From: Candidatus Pacearchaeota archaeon
GTDB lineage: Archaea > Nanobdellota > Nanobdellia > Pacearchaeales > GW2011-AR1
Assembly: GCA_002688015.1 (NCBI GenBank)
Contig: NZBT01000006.1
Location: 915-64,914 of the forward strand
Length of the DNA stretch: 64,000 bases
Direction: 5' to 3'
This document shows positions 37,411-47,657 of the stretch, one piece after another; the first letter of the stretch is position 1, and each line of letters opens with the position of its first letter. Both the position numbers and the translations under genes were made by a program. Below the pieces are notes generated by a model. It was not told the DNA's origin and searched no databases. It saw nothing but the letters and a program-made list of their open reading frames with translations.

Positions 37411-37469
37411 ATTAACAGTGATTGAGAAATGTTTTTAATGTTTTGTATCTAAGTTATAATGAGAATAAA

Positions 37470-37679
37470 ATGGCTGAGAGAGTTAATACTGGAGGATTGA
37501 TGAGTTTTGATTATTCTAGATTAGGAAAGCAAGAATTAGATGATGATAAGAAGAAGGATATAAAAGATGCTTATAATCGAGCAGCGGAAAGGAGAAGGAA
37601 GGAGAAGAGAAATAAAATTATTATCTGGATTGTTATTATTCTGATTTTGATAGTGCTTGGAATATTTTTCTTGGGATGA
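37470..37679 (+). CDS. Small tail-anchored membrane protein
   Basis: 69 aa, charged N-terminus and a single C-terminal TM. Confidence 0.7.
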   Translation: MAERVNTGGLMSFDYSRLGKQELDDDKKKDIKDAYNRAAERRRKEKRNKIIIWIVIILILIVLGIFFLG

Positions 37680-37682
37680 GAA

Positions 37683-37755
37683 CGACCCTGGGAGGACTCG
37701 AACCTCCGACCTTGCGGTTAACAGCCGCACGCTCAACCAGTTAAGCTACAGGGTC
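37683..37755 (-). tRNA. tRNA-Asn(GUU)
   Basis: Acceptor GACCCTG/CAGGGTC plus G73; anticodon arm TGCGG-CT GTT AA-CCGCA. Confidence 0.97.
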
Positions 37756-38060
37756 TTAAAGAGGGAAAATAAAAACCTTATTTAAATCTTCTTGTGCGTC
37801 TAATTTGGAGATTTTATTTTTGATTTTGTAAATTTTTATTAATCTTCTTTTTGAAAATATTTTCTATTTTTTTGATTTTTGAAAATATTTTTTGTTACGA
37901 ACTTTTATTTTATTTTATTTTTTAATTTTGTCGACGGGAAAAATTGTTTTATTTTTTTAGATTTTCTATTCTTTCTTGAAATCTTTTTTTCTCTACGATA
38001 AGTTTATAAACAAAAATGTGTTAGTTAATTTAGAAACCATAAGAGGTGAAACTAAAAAAA

Positions 38061-38213
38061 ATGGCAAAGAAAAAAGCAAAGAAAGCAACAAAGAAAAAAG
38101 CAACCAAGAAGAAAGCAGTGAAGAAGAAAGCAGTGAAGAAGAAAGCAGTGAAGAAAAAGGCTGCAAAAAAGAAAGCACCAAAGAAAAAGGCTGCAAAAAA
38201 GAAGAGAAGATAA
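38061..38213 (+). CDS. 50-aa Lys/Ala-rich histone-H1-like protein (KKKAx repeats), absent from the ORF track
   Basis: MAKKKAKKATKKKATKKKAVKKKAVKKKAVKKKAAKKKAPKKKAAKKKRR; SD gaggtg 38043-38048; TATA 38003-38010. Confidence 0.88.
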   Translation: MAKKKAKKATKKKATKKKAVKKKAVKKKAVKKKAAKKKAPKKKAAKKKRR

Positions 38214-38231
38214 TCTCTTCCAATTTATTTT

Positions 38232-38732
38232 TTATTTAATGCCCAGCCCTTCTTCTTTTTTGGTCTTGTTTACTTTCTCAAGATAATGGTACACGTTTGA
38301 TTGTTTAGTTCCTCTAATTAGATTTGTGAGAGCTGTTGTTATTTCAGGTATTGATTCTGCTTGAGCTATTATTCCAACTTCATTGTCCTTTAGAATTAGG
38401 TGAGCATCGGAAACGTTCTCAAGAGTTCTGAGAGTTTTACCCTTTGTTCCTATTATTCTTGCTTTAACTTCCTTTAAACTCTTTTTTCTTGTGTGATCTC
38501 TTATGTGAATTTTTCTGAAAATAAAATCTGGATTTTTTAATAGAAGAGCTTTTGTTGTTGAGAAGCCGAAAGCCATAGCTTCTAAGACGATCTGTGCTTC
38601 ATATTCTTCTAATCCTGAGCCAGACAGGGTGGCTTGTCTTCCTTTTAGTTCTATCTTTATATTCAGAGACTTCTCTAGTTTTGCGAGATTCTTTTTTAAT
38701 TCAGTTGTGTTTTGAAAGTATATTGTTTCCAT
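38232..38732 (-). CDS. KH-domain pre-rRNA processing protein (Dim2/Pno1/Krr1 family)
   Basis: AMAFGFS..KA, KARIIGTKGKT, LIRGTKQSNVYHYLE. Confidence 0.9.
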   Translation of the reverse strand: METIYFQNTTELKKNLAKLEKSLNIKIELKGRQATLSGSGLEEYEAQIVLEAMAFGFSTTKALLLKNPDFIFRKIHIRDHTRKKSLKEVKARIIGTKGKTLRTLENVSDAHLILKDNEVGIIAQAESIPEITTALTNLIRGTKQSNVYHYLEKVNKTKKEEGLGIK

Positions 38733-38852
38733 TTAAAGACACCTAACGGTTTCTTGATAACTTCTCTGGAATTAAGAGTAATGTAAACCTTTAAAAAGTG
38801 TTGTTTTTAATGAGAAATACAAAAATTTATTTTTTTAGAGTAGTAAAATAAA

Positions 38853-39107
38853 ATGCCTAAGCTACATGGTAGAGCTGCTTGGATTGCTCAGACAGCATAT
38901 AAGGGGTTAAAGGAAGTATTAAATCGAGGAGATCAGCTTGAGATTGGAAAAAGATATTTGTTTGATGATATGGCAATTACTAGAGTTGATGGACCAGAAT
39001 ATAGAATTGAGACTCCTCAGAAAATTTTACGTTTCGAGCTTAGAGGACCATTAGCAAAGGGATCTTCTTTTAGAATTGATCAAGTTCCTTTTGCAGGCAT
39101 AGCTTAG
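38853..39107 (+). CDS. Hypothetical protein
   Basis: 84-aa ORF; stop overlaps the convergent DUF424 stop. Confidence 0.65.
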   Translation: MPKLHGRAAWIAQTAYKGLKEVLNRGDQLEIGKRYLFDDMAITRVDGPEYRIETPQKILRFELRGPLAKGSSFRIDQVPFAGIA

Positions 39108-39400
39108 AGAAGAGTAAGGGCGAAAGGGATGTTATCAATCTTTCCAATATGTTCTTCTGTAATTATTCCTGCTTCGAGAGCAGTAGAAATGCTTTTTGGG
39201 CCGACTAGATTAAAAGTTGCGTCTTCATGAACTTGTTTTTTGAGGATGAGGACAGCTTCTTCTTTAGTTAATTCTTCTCCAGAATAAAAATTTTCTCTGA
39301 CATTAAGTTGGAATTTTCCTTCTTCAAATTTCTTTCCGATTAGTTCTTTGTCTGCGAGGGAGATTACATTTCTATAGGATTTATGAATTTTTAGATGCAT
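39104..39400 (-). CDS. DUF424 family protein
   Basis: DKELIGKKFEEG, FYSG, NLVG..SI..A...G, IP.AL. Confidence 0.9.
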   Translation of the reverse strand: MHLKIHKSYRNVISLADKELIGKKFEEGKFQLNVRENFYSGEELTKEEAVLILKKQVHEDATFNLVGPKSISTALEAGIITEEHIGKIDNIPFALTLL

Positions 39401-39439
39401 TTCATATATCTTTAAATATATGAGTTTTTAGTTCTTACT

Positions 39440-39820
39440 ATGAGTGAAGATTTCCCAGAAGTTTCGATTAGTGAGTTGAAAGAGATTTTTTATGAATTGA
39501 TTAAAGATTATAATGAGACTGTTCGGAAACTTGAGGTTTATGAAGATACTCCTTCAAGAGAAGAGGCTTTAGCGATGAGTTTACAACAGAGAAGGATAGT
39601 AGTGGAAAATGTTTCTCAGACATGGAGGCTAAGACTTGAATTACATGATAGATCATCAAGGGTGCTTGGATTTTATGAAGTTATGAGGACTTTGGATTTG
39701 GAAGAGGAGATAGATAGAAGAGAAGGTAATTTGGAGGCGTTAGATGTGGTTAGAAAATATCATTCTAAGTTTGAAAGCGATATTGTTAAGGTATGTAAAC
39801 CTAATGTTGATTTTGATTAG
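39440..39820 (+). CDS. Hypothetical helical protein
   Basis: 126 aa; TATA at canonical spacing. Confidence 0.7.
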   Translation: MSEDFPEVSISELKEIFYELIKDYNETVRKLEVYEDTPSREEALAMSLQQRRIVVENVSQTWRLRLELHDRSSRVLGFYEVMRTLDLEEEIDRREGNLEALDVVRKYHSKFESDIVKVCKPNVDFD

Positions 39821-40227
39821 AAGTGATACTTTATTGGGTTTTTAGCTCCACAAGCAAGGCAGTGTTTGATTTTAATTCCTTTTTCGGAGACAACTTCAGA
39901 ATCTGGTTTGCCACAAACAGGGCAAAGAACGAATAGTTTTGTATATAATTCGAATTTTTCATTTACTTTTGCAGAGTTTAGTTTCGTGTTTAATATGAGC
40001 CGGCCTGAATCAAGTTTTCCAGCGGCAGCAAGTTCTTTTTGAAGGAATTTGGCAATGTGTTCTGGAGGCCTTCTGAGAGAGGATGCAATTTCTGCAAAGT
40101 TTGTGATTATTGTGTTTTTTCCTTGAACTTGCCCTTTAACTTTAGGTATTTCAAACCTGTCAGAGCTAGAAGAAACAACTTTTACTTTCTTGTATGCTTT
40201 GTCTAAAAGATTTTCATAGGCTTCCAT
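39817..40227 (-). CDS. eif2b: Translation initiation factor aIF2 beta subunit
   Basis: YENLLDKAY, RFEIP, TIITNF, CPVCGKPD, CLACGA. Confidence 0.97.
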   Translation of the reverse strand: MEAYENLLDKAYKKVKVVSSSSDRFEIPKVKGQVQGKNTIITNFAEIASSLRRPPEHIAKFLQKELAAAGKLDSGRLILNTKLNSAKVNEKFELYTKLFVLCPVCGKPDSEVVSEKGIKIKHCLACGAKNPIKYHF

Positions 40228-40278
40228 ATTTCTTGAAGGTAAAACAAGGTTTATAAAGATTCCTTAGTATATATTATT

Positions 40279-40887
40279 ATGAATTTAAAGAATCTTGCTT
40301 TAGGAATTGGAATTATTGTAGTATTTGCTTTGGCTTTAGGATATGGTATTGAAGCATTTTATGATACTCCTGAATGGGATGAGTTTTGTGAAGAGGTTAT
40401 TGTTCCGCAGACTCTGGATTCTCAAGGAGATTTTGCGCCAGTAACGCAGGAACAGTGTGAGGCTACCGAAGGAGCTAAGTGGAATACATATGAAGATTCT
40501 AGGACTCCAAAGAGAGTATTGGAAGGACAAGTTGTGGAAACAGGGCATTGTGATTATCATTCTGAGTGTCAGGAAAAATATGATGATGCAAGAGATAAGC
40601 ATTCTTGGACTGTCTTTTTGATAAGTATAATTGTTGGAATTATCGCGATTATAATTGGATATACAATATTGAGTATTGAGCCTGTTGGAAGTGCACTTAT
40701 AGGCTCTGGAATCTGGGCTTTCTTTTATGGAGGAGTTATTAATTGGAGAAACTTTGGAGAAATGTGGAGATTTGTTTTGCTGTTCATTATTCTCATAGTT
40801 TTGATTTGGTTCGCTGTTAAGATGAATAGTCCAAAGAAGAATGGGATTAGTAGGTTTTGGAAAGGTTTTGGTTTTGGGAAGAAGTGA
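40279..40887 (+). CDS. Four-TM membrane protein with Cys-containing external loop
   Basis: TM, loop with 4 Cys, then three TMs. Confidence 0.8.
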   Translation: MNLKNLALGIGIIVVFALALGYGIEAFYDTPEWDEFCEEVIVPQTLDSQGDFAPVTQEQCEATEGAKWNTYEDSRTPKRVLEGQVVETGHCDYHSECQEKYDDARDKHSWTVFLISIIVGIIAIIIGYTILSIEPVGSALIGSGIWAFFYGGVINWRNFGEMWRFVLLFIILIVLIWFAVKMNSPKKNGISRFWKGFGFGKK

Positions 40888-41574
40888 TTATCCGAGATAG
40901 CGTAATTTTCCTGGGCGGGGCTCATAAATCAGGCCGTTTTCTAAGAGCTTTTTGATTTCTCCGTTAATTATTTCTGGAGGTTCATGCGTGTCCATTATAA
41001 TTTTGTCTATGAAAATTCCTTCTTCTGATTCGGCAGATTTGATCATATTTAGAATTTTATCTTTTAGTTCTGCTGTTTTTTCAGGGGCTAGAGCCTTTGG
41101 GGCAGAAAGGTCTGTTTCAAGTTTTCTTATTAGAAGGTATTGAGGAGAAAGAGGTTTTAGAATTTCAGGAGTTATGTAAATTTCATTGTTCCATGTTCTT
41201 AATAAGCCAATACAGAGAATTGTATCTCCTTGGTTTAGCTCAGAGAAAAGAGCGATATCATCACCGAATACTTTTGCTTTAATTTGGCCTGTTGCATCGT
41301 CTAGTGTTATAGAGGCAAATTTTTTCTCTCCTTCTTGGATGTATTTGTCGATTATGTTTGCGATTATATTTACTCGAACAACAGATTTTCCTTCAGTTTC
41401 TAAAGATTTAAGGCGTTCATTTTCTATTTTAGGAGTGCCTGAAAGAACTTTTCCTATGCGAAGTTTACATGCAATGTTTCTTTTGTATTGAGTTTCAGAG
41501 CCTATGTTATCAACTGCTGGCGTTTGTGTCGGTGTTGGTGTTTGTTCTGGTGTCTGCACTTCTTTTTCTTTCAT
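40888..41574 (-). CDS. OB-fold plus winged-helix protein (RPA32/RPA-associated-like)
   Basis: RVNIIANI, TLDDATGQI; C-terminal LLENGLIYEPRPG; adjacent to mcm. Confidence 0.88.
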   Translation of the reverse strand: MKEKEVQTPEQTPTPTQTPAVDNIGSETQYKRNIACKLRIGKVLSGTPKIENERLKSLETEGKSVVRVNIIANIIDKYIQEGEKKFASITLDDATGQIKAKVFGDDIALFSELNQGDTILCIGLLRTWNNEIYITPEILKPLSPQYLLIRKLETDLSAPKALAPEKTAELKDKILNMIKSAESEEGIFIDKIIMDTHEPPEIINGEIKKLLENGLIYEPRPGKLRYLG

Positions 41575-41620
41575 TTTTATGTTTGTTTTTAAGGTTTTTT
41601 ATATATTGTTGTTCTGTTGT

Positions 41621-43630
41621 TTAGGTTTTTTGAATGTGTCCCTTTCTTGGTCTGAAAATTTCTCCTGATTTGGAGAGTTGAAGAAGAGCTTCTTCTAATT
41701 CTGTTTCAGAAATCTTATCTTCTATGGCTTTTTTTAGTTCTTCTTCTGGAATTAATTTTCCTAATCTTGATTCTAATTGTGTTAGAGTTTCTTTTACAAG
41801 AAGAATTTTTCCTCTTTTTGATGATGTAATTCCAGTAGTCATTTTGTCAATATCAAATGTTTGTGTTTCTTCGTCATAACCAACTTGCATTAGGGATACT
41901 TTCAATAATTCTATTGCTTTTATTGCGTCCTCTTTTGTTACTTCGTCAGAAAGGCGGAGTTTTGCATGGGCTTCACTTAGTCTTATTATTCCTTCAAGTT
42001 GTCTTGCTGTGATTGGAATTGGTTTTATTGTGCTATCAGATGAAACTGATTGATTTCTTAATTTTATGTAAAAGCTTTTAATTTCTTTTACCGCTTCGTC
42101 AGATAGTTTTGGTTTTATCTTTTGTTTTGCATATGCAATGTATTTTCTTAGTATTTTTGGATCTACTATATCTCTGATTACTTCTTGTTGATGTTCTTCA
42201 AGGACATGAGTCGCGATTGCTTCGTCTTGTACTTTGTTTGGTAAGTCACGGATAACGAAGATTACATCGAATCGGGAGAGTAATGCAGGGGAGATGTCTA
42301 TTTGTTGTGGGATTGGTGTGTAGGGATCGAAACGACCGAGTTTAGGGTTTCCTGCTGCTAAGACTGTTGTTTCTGCACGGAGAGTAGCATGGATGTTTGC
42401 TTTTGAAATTGTTACAGATTGTTGTTCCATTGCTTCATGCATCGTAGAACGGTCATGCTCATCCATTTTTTCTATTTCATCTATACATACAGTTCCTTTG
42501 TTGGATAATACCATTGCCCCTGCTTCTAGAGACCATCCTCGCAGAAATTCGTCTTTAACTACTGCTGCAGTAAGGCCTGCTGCAGTTGCTGCTTTTCCAG
42601 AGACGTAACGTCCTTTTGGAGCAATTGTTGATGTGAATTTTAGAATTACTGATTTAGCTACCCCTGGATCACCCACAAGAAGAATATGTATATCTCCTCT
42701 TGTATTTCCCCCATCAGATTTCTTTTTCTTTACTCCTCCAAACATTTGCAACAAGATTGATTCTTTTATTCTCTCAAATCCATAGATTGAAGGAGATATA
42801 GATTGGGAGAGTTTCTTGAGTAGATTTTGATCTGCTGCTATTTCTAAGATCTGTTTCATTTCTTCTTCGGAAATATTTAGGTCTTCAAAGGATTCTTCTA
42901 AGGGAACGAGATTATTTGCTTCAACTGCTATATCATATCTTGTAGAAATTCCTGAGGGAAGGGGAACCGGGACTTCTTTTAAGATTCCATGTATTTTTAA
43001 TTTGCTTCCTGGAGTTGTTCTTTCTTCCATTTTAGGATCAACTAGATCTTCTTTTAGGAAAATGTTTATTCTTCTTGGTTGTTGGCCTCCTTCTAAAGCG
43101 TCTGGGCTCTCTTCAACTACAAGACGTTGAACGTCAACCATTTCTTTTGATATTATTTTAAAGGGACCTTTCCATTGGCAGGAGCATCTGTTAGGTTCTC
43201 TAAATTTTCTATCTACTTGAAGAACAGATAATACTGCTCCACAATTTGGACATTCAAACTTAGCATTTGCTACTTGAGGACGAACTTCAGATGCTTGACG
43301 AACAATTCCTTCCACTGTTAGAATTTGATCAAGATGTTTGGATCTGATATCTCTGATTTTTGTTTCTGAGGTTTCTGGGAGTCCAAGCATTCTTAGTCTT
43401 GGGGCTTTTACTAGACCTGATTCTTCTAGAGCAGATTCAATTAAGGATATTGCTTCTTCGGGCGATTCTAATATTGTTTCTGATAAAGTTGGAGAGAATT
43501 GAGCTATTCTTGGGAAATTAACGTGAACGACATTGTTACCTTCTCTGACAGACTCTCCAATCTCTTTTTTGTATGCTGCAAGGAAATTTTTCGCTTCAAT
43601 CAGTAAGTCTTCTTGCCTCTTTTTTTCCAT
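41621..43630 (-). CDS. mcm: MCM replicative helicase
   Basis: Zn finger CPNC..CSC, GDPGVAKS, CIDEIEKM, HEAMEQQ, SRFD, ITARQLE; no intein. Confidence 0.99.
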   Translation of the reverse strand: MEKKRQEDLLIEAKNFLAAYKKEIGESVREGNNVVHVNFPRIAQFSPTLSETILESPEEAISLIESALEESGLVKAPRLRMLGLPETSETKIRDIRSKHLDQILTVEGIVRQASEVRPQVANAKFECPNCGAVLSVLQVDRKFREPNRCSCQWKGPFKIISKEMVDVQRLVVEESPDALEGGQQPRRINIFLKEDLVDPKMEERTTPGSKLKIHGILKEVPVPLPSGISTRYDIAVEANNLVPLEESFEDLNISEEEMKQILEIAADQNLLKKLSQSISPSIYGFERIKESILLQMFGGVKKKKSDGGNTRGDIHILLVGDPGVAKSVILKFTSTIAPKGRYVSGKAATAAGLTAAVVKDEFLRGWSLEAGAMVLSNKGTVCIDEIEKMDEHDRSTMHEAMEQQSVTISKANIHATLRAETTVLAAGNPKLGRFDPYTPIPQQIDISPALLSRFDVIFVIRDLPNKVQDEAIATHVLEEHQQEVIRDIVDPKILRKYIAYAKQKIKPKLSDEAVKEIKSFYIKLRNQSVSSDSTIKPIPITARQLEGIIRLSEAHAKLRLSDEVTKEDAIKAIELLKVSLMQVGYDEETQTFDIDKMTTGITSSKRGKILLVKETLTQLESRLGKLIPEEELKKAIEDKISETELEEALLQLSKSGEIFRPRKGHIQKT

Positions 43631-43749
43631 AGTATGATAAAATGATGTTTGATTTATATGGTTTGTTGTAATAAAGAGAGGGTATTTAGAGATGTAGTAC
43701 TCTTTTTGGGGGGCGATTAATATTTAAATGATGGGATAGTCGTTTTTTA

Positions 43750-44084
43750 ATGGGAGAAAGTCAAAGATTGTTTTATCTTCTTGATGTAGGAGATCATGAA
43801 TGTGGACATGAATTGTATGTGGTTTCTGGGAGACAGATAGATTTTGATGATGTTAGGAAGTTAATTTTTGAGAGGCCAAGTTTTTTGAGGGGGATAAAGA
43901 ATTGGTAAGGGGACATTCTAATAGAACTTTAGAAGAGGCTGTGTCTGTTAGATTTGGACTTGGTGGGACTTTTTCTGATTCTTGGGTTTATGCTGTCACA
44001 GTTTACGAAGGGGGAGTTATTAGGGATGATGAAATTGATGTTATTGAGAAGTTTACAGGGAAAGAGATTATTGAGATTGAGTAG
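43750..44084 (+). pseudogene. Hypothetical protein split by a -1 frameshift at T6 (43881-43886)
   Basis: ORF 43750..43908 has a TATA at canonical spacing; the -1 frame continues FEGDKELVRG.. to 44084. Confidence 0.65.
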
Positions 44085-45200
44085 TTATTCTATTTGGAAA
44101 CGTAAAATAGCACCAACACCCTTTGTGAGATTTTGGAATTGTTGGGCGTCTTGGTTTTCTTCATCGCTTATTATGACTACTTCAGAGCCGATGTTCTTAG
44201 CCGATTCTTCGAATTCTTTTGTTTTGTCAATTTCTGTTTTTAGGAATTTCTTTGTTAGGAGAAGGGTTTCTACGGCTCCTCTTTGTAGAGCAAATGCGAC
44301 TTTCTCTATTCCATAGGATGCATGAGAAGATTTTTTCCCTAATGTTTCAAAGAATCTTTCTAGAATCTTTTTCTCCTTAATTAGTTCTTGTTGAGCTATG
44401 TCTTCTTCTGAAGCTTCTACTAATAGTTCGAGACCGTGTTCGTCTACGTAGCCAATGTCTTTAATGGAAATTACTTTTTCTTTGAGTTTTGTTGCTAGTT
44501 GTCCTTCGTCAAGAAAGTCTTCTTTTGTAGGTATTGGGCCGCCAATTAGAATTCCCTTTAGTTTTGGCATTTCAAAGAAGATTTCTTTCATTGCTTCAGC
44601 AACACGCCTGAAGAATTCTTTTGCTAATCCTTCTGTGATTCGTTCAAATCTTTGACTGCTCTGACCCCCAGCACGAGTTTTTCCAGGGACTCCGGAAGTA
44701 AGTTTCCTTATTACTTTGATTTGTTTTCCTTCAAGAACACCGATTGTGGCTTCTTGTCTATCTATTGCGAGAAGGCCAAAGACTTCTGAAACTTCAAGTA
44801 TTTCTTTTAAGGGATCTAGGACGAAGACTTGATCACATCTGTATGTTCTCACGTTTAAAGGTTTAGGAGGTTCATAAGCCCAGATTTGTACATCGGAGAC
44901 ACCTTCTTTATCTGAGACATTTCCTGCGAACAGAGCGATACCATTTTCAGGGGTTTTTTGATATTCCTTTATCTTACGAATAATCATTTCAATTGCTGAA
45001 ATTACTGCATTTCGTGTATGCTTGCTTTTGATGTTGTTAGCCGTTGACTTTTCTCCTTCTAATTGCTTTGAAACTAAGTTAATGTTTTGTCCAGCTGGAA
45101 TTAGGACAGTTACTAATTCTGTATGTCTGCCTCGGATTGCTGAGAGAGTTTCAACTAGTTCTTCAAGTTCGGCTTTTTGTTCGTCTGTTATTTCAACCAT
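44085..45200 (-). CDS. prf1: Peptide chain release factor aRF1
   Basis: NIKS, YRCDQVF, GGQSSQRF, GVGAILRF. Confidence 0.98.
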   Translation of the reverse strand: MVEITDEQKAELEELVETLSAIRGRHTELVTVLIPAGQNINLVSKQLEGEKSTANNIKSKHTRNAVISAIEMIIRKIKEYQKTPENGIALFAGNVSDKEGVSDVQIWAYEPPKPLNVRTYRCDQVFVLDPLKEILEVSEVFGLLAIDRQEATIGVLEGKQIKVIRKLTSGVPGKTRAGGQSSQRFERITEGLAKEFFRRVAEAMKEIFFEMPKLKGILIGGPIPTKEDFLDEGQLATKLKEKVISIKDIGYVDEHGLELLVEASEEDIAQQELIKEKKILERFFETLGKKSSHASYGIEKVAFALQRGAVETLLLTKKFLKTEIDKTKEFEESAKNIGSEVVIISDEENQDAQQFQNLTKGVGAILRFQIE

Positions 45201-45252
45201 TTTTATATATTATAGATAAATTTAGGGAGATTATAAAGTTAATCAAGTTATG

Positions 45253-47607
45253 TCACAAAAACTTAATTGAAAGTTTTCTGGTTTCTAGTTCTTTTGCTGT
45301 TGTAACAGCTCTTAAATCGGGCAGAACACCGGAAAGGAGAGATTGTTCTGATTTTATTAATGAGAGAGAGATGGGAACGTTCATTGGCTGTTTTGCCATG
45401 GATTTCGCTTGACGAACTTTGTAAATTATTTCAGTCATTTTCTCCCAGATTTTGTCATCATGTCTGTGTGTTGCTATGGGAATTGGTTTTGGCCAGTCTG
45501 ATATGTGTATGGAATCAACGGACTCAAAAGATTTAAAATGATTTTGATAGATTTCTTCTGTTATGAATGGAGTTATTGGAGCAGAAAGTTTAAGGATTGT
45601 TAGCAGAGAATGGTATAGCGTATAGAATGCAGATGCCTTTTCTTCATCAGAACCTTGATAAACACGATTCTTTACGATTTCTAAATAGTAATCTGCGAAA
45701 ACCTGCCAGAAGAATTTTTCCGTTTCAAGTTTTGCTTTTGAGTAATTGTATTCATTGAAAGCTTCGGTACAGGAAGAAATTAGTTTATTTAACTGAGAGA
45801 GAAAGATACGATCTGTTTCAATTAGCTTTGGCATCTTACTTTGATATTTAAGATTCATGAACACAAAATTGGATGCATTTAGGATTTTAGTTATGAATTT
45901 CTTTCCTGCTATTAAATCTGCTTCATTGTAATCGAGATCTTCTCCTAATTTAGAAGATGCTGCCCAGAATCTTAGAGCATCTGAACCATATTCAGCCATA
46001 ACAGATCTTGGAGAAATTCCTGTTCCTTTTGATTTAGACATTGCTTTTCCGCCAAGAGTTACAAATCCAGAGACTATGATATCTTGCCAAGGAATTTGAT
46101 TTTCATGATAAAGAGATTTCACAATTGTATAAAATGCCCATGTTCTAATTATGTCGTGTCCTTGGGGGCGTAAGGAATAAGGAATTTTTATTTTGCTTTT
46201 TATGAGAGATGCTGCTATTTGTGGTGTTAATGAAGAAGTTGCCCATGTATCAAGAACTTTTGTATCTCCTATAGCTTGACAGTTACATTTTGAACATTTC
46301 TTGGGAGTTTCTGTTGGATCTATAGGGAGTTCAGAAAGCTTAGCTGGGATTACGAGGTTACATTTGGGACATTCCCATACAGGAATTGGAATTCCAAAGT
46401 GTCTTTCACGAGAAATAGACCAATCCCATTCAAGACCTTTAATCCAATTTTCGTAACGCTTAAACATATGTTGAGGATGCCATGTAACTTTCTTTCCTTG
46501 AGCAATTAATTTTGTCTTTTTATCAAGGATTTTGATGAACCATTGTTCCGTTGGCAAGAATTCGATTTCAGTTCCACATTTATCATGTACATTTACAACG
46601 TGATTGATGGGTTTTTGTTCTATTATGAGTTTTTTGGATTCAAGGTCTTCTAATATCTTAGAGCGTGCTTGTTTGATTGTTAATCCTTTATACTCCTTTG
46701 AGTTTAGAGTTCCATCTAGATTGAAGACGACTTTAGGAGTTAGTTTATGTCTGTTGATTGCGTCTACGTCGTATTTATCTCCATAAGAACAGACCATTAA
46801 GACACCTGTTCCTTTTTCAATTTCTGCAGATTCATCTGCTAGTATGGGAACAGAGTGTTTGAAAAGAGGGACAGTAGCTTTTTTGCCTATAAATTCTTTG
46901 TATCTTTTGTCTTTTGGATTTACGAATACTGCAACACAAGCTCCAAGAAGTTCAGGGCGTGTTGTAGCAATAGGAAGATTTTTTCCTGAAGATTTGAATT
47001 TTAATGTGGAAAATTGTGAGGAGAGAGATTTATCTTCTAATTCTGCTTGTGCAACGGGTGTTTGACACTCAGGGCAATAAATAGTTGGAAAGTTTTCTTT
47101 GTATATTAACTTGGAGGCATATAAGTCGAGGAATGATTTTTGAGATATTTTTCTTGTGTTATCATCAATTGTTGAGTAAGACACGTTGTAATCTGCGGAA
47201 ATCCCAATATTCTTCCAGTCTTGAATTAGTTCAGGAGTTTTTTCTTTTAATAAGGCAAGGCCTATTTTTATGAATTCATTTCTTGACATGTCTTTACTTT
47301 TGATTCCTTTTGTTTTTTCTATCCATCTTTCTGTTGGAAGGCCATTATCATCTGTTCCGAAAGGGTAGAAAACGTTGAATCCAGCCATTCTTTTGTATCT
47401 TGCTATGAAATCTTCTTGTGAATAAGAGAATGCGTGTCCTATATGCATTTGTCCTGATATGTATGGGGGAGGTGTATCTATGGAATATGTTTTCTTTTTG
47501 CTTTTAGGATCAAAAGAGTATGTTTTTCCCTTTTCCCAATAGGACAACCAACGAGATTCAATTTCATGAATGTCTATTTGTGGTTTCTTTCTTTCTGGTT
47601 TAGACAT
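45253..47607 (-). CDS. valS: Valyl-tRNA synthetase, archaeal type
   Basis: IDTPPP, HIGH, DWSISRER, DTWATS, PQGHDIIRTW, AMSKS. Confidence 0.97.
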   Translation of the reverse strand: MSKPERKKPQIDIHEIESRWLSYWEKGKTYSFDPKSKKKTYSIDTPPPYISGQMHIGHAFSYSQEDFIARYKRMAGFNVFYPFGTDDNGLPTERWIEKTKGIKSKDMSRNEFIKIGLALLKEKTPELIQDWKNIGISADYNVSYSTIDDNTRKISQKSFLDLYASKLIYKENFPTIYCPECQTPVAQAELEDKSLSSQFSTLKFKSSGKNLPIATTRPELLGACVAVFVNPKDKRYKEFIGKKATVPLFKHSVPILADESAEIEKGTGVLMVCSYGDKYDVDAINRHKLTPKVVFNLDGTLNSKEYKGLTIKQARSKILEDLESKKLIIEQKPINHVVNVHDKCGTEIEFLPTEQWFIKILDKKTKLIAQGKKVTWHPQHMFKRYENWIKGLEWDWSISRERHFGIPIPVWECPKCNLVIPAKLSELPIDPTETPKKCSKCNCQAIGDTKVLDTWATSSLTPQIAASLIKSKIKIPYSLRPQGHDIIRTWAFYTIVKSLYHENQIPWQDIIVSGFVTLGGKAMSKSKGTGISPRSVMAEYGSDALRFWAASSKLGEDLDYNEADLIAGKKFITKILNASNFVFMNLKYQSKMPKLIETDRIFLSQLNKLISSCTEAFNEYNYSKAKLETEKFFWQVFADYYLEIVKNRVYQGSDEEKASAFYTLYHSLLTILKLSAPITPFITEEIYQNHFKSFESVDSIHISDWPKPIPIATHRHDDKIWEKMTEIIYKVRQAKSMAKQPMNVPISLSLIKSEQSLLSGVLPDLRAVTTAKELETRKLSIKFL

Positions 47608-47657
47608 ATAGGAAGATAGAGCAAAGGGGTTAAAAAGTTTAGGGTTTTAGGATTTTT

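Noticed and set aside
35650..38060. dif site or ORB-containing origin at the orientation shift
   Set aside because: No recognisable Xer dif or ORB consensus and no cdc6 or xer gene in the window.
37976..38239. Track ORFs 37976..38239 (+) and 37993..38223 (-)
   Set aside because: Alternative-frame shadows of the repeat gene at 38061..38213, which has the SD and ATG.
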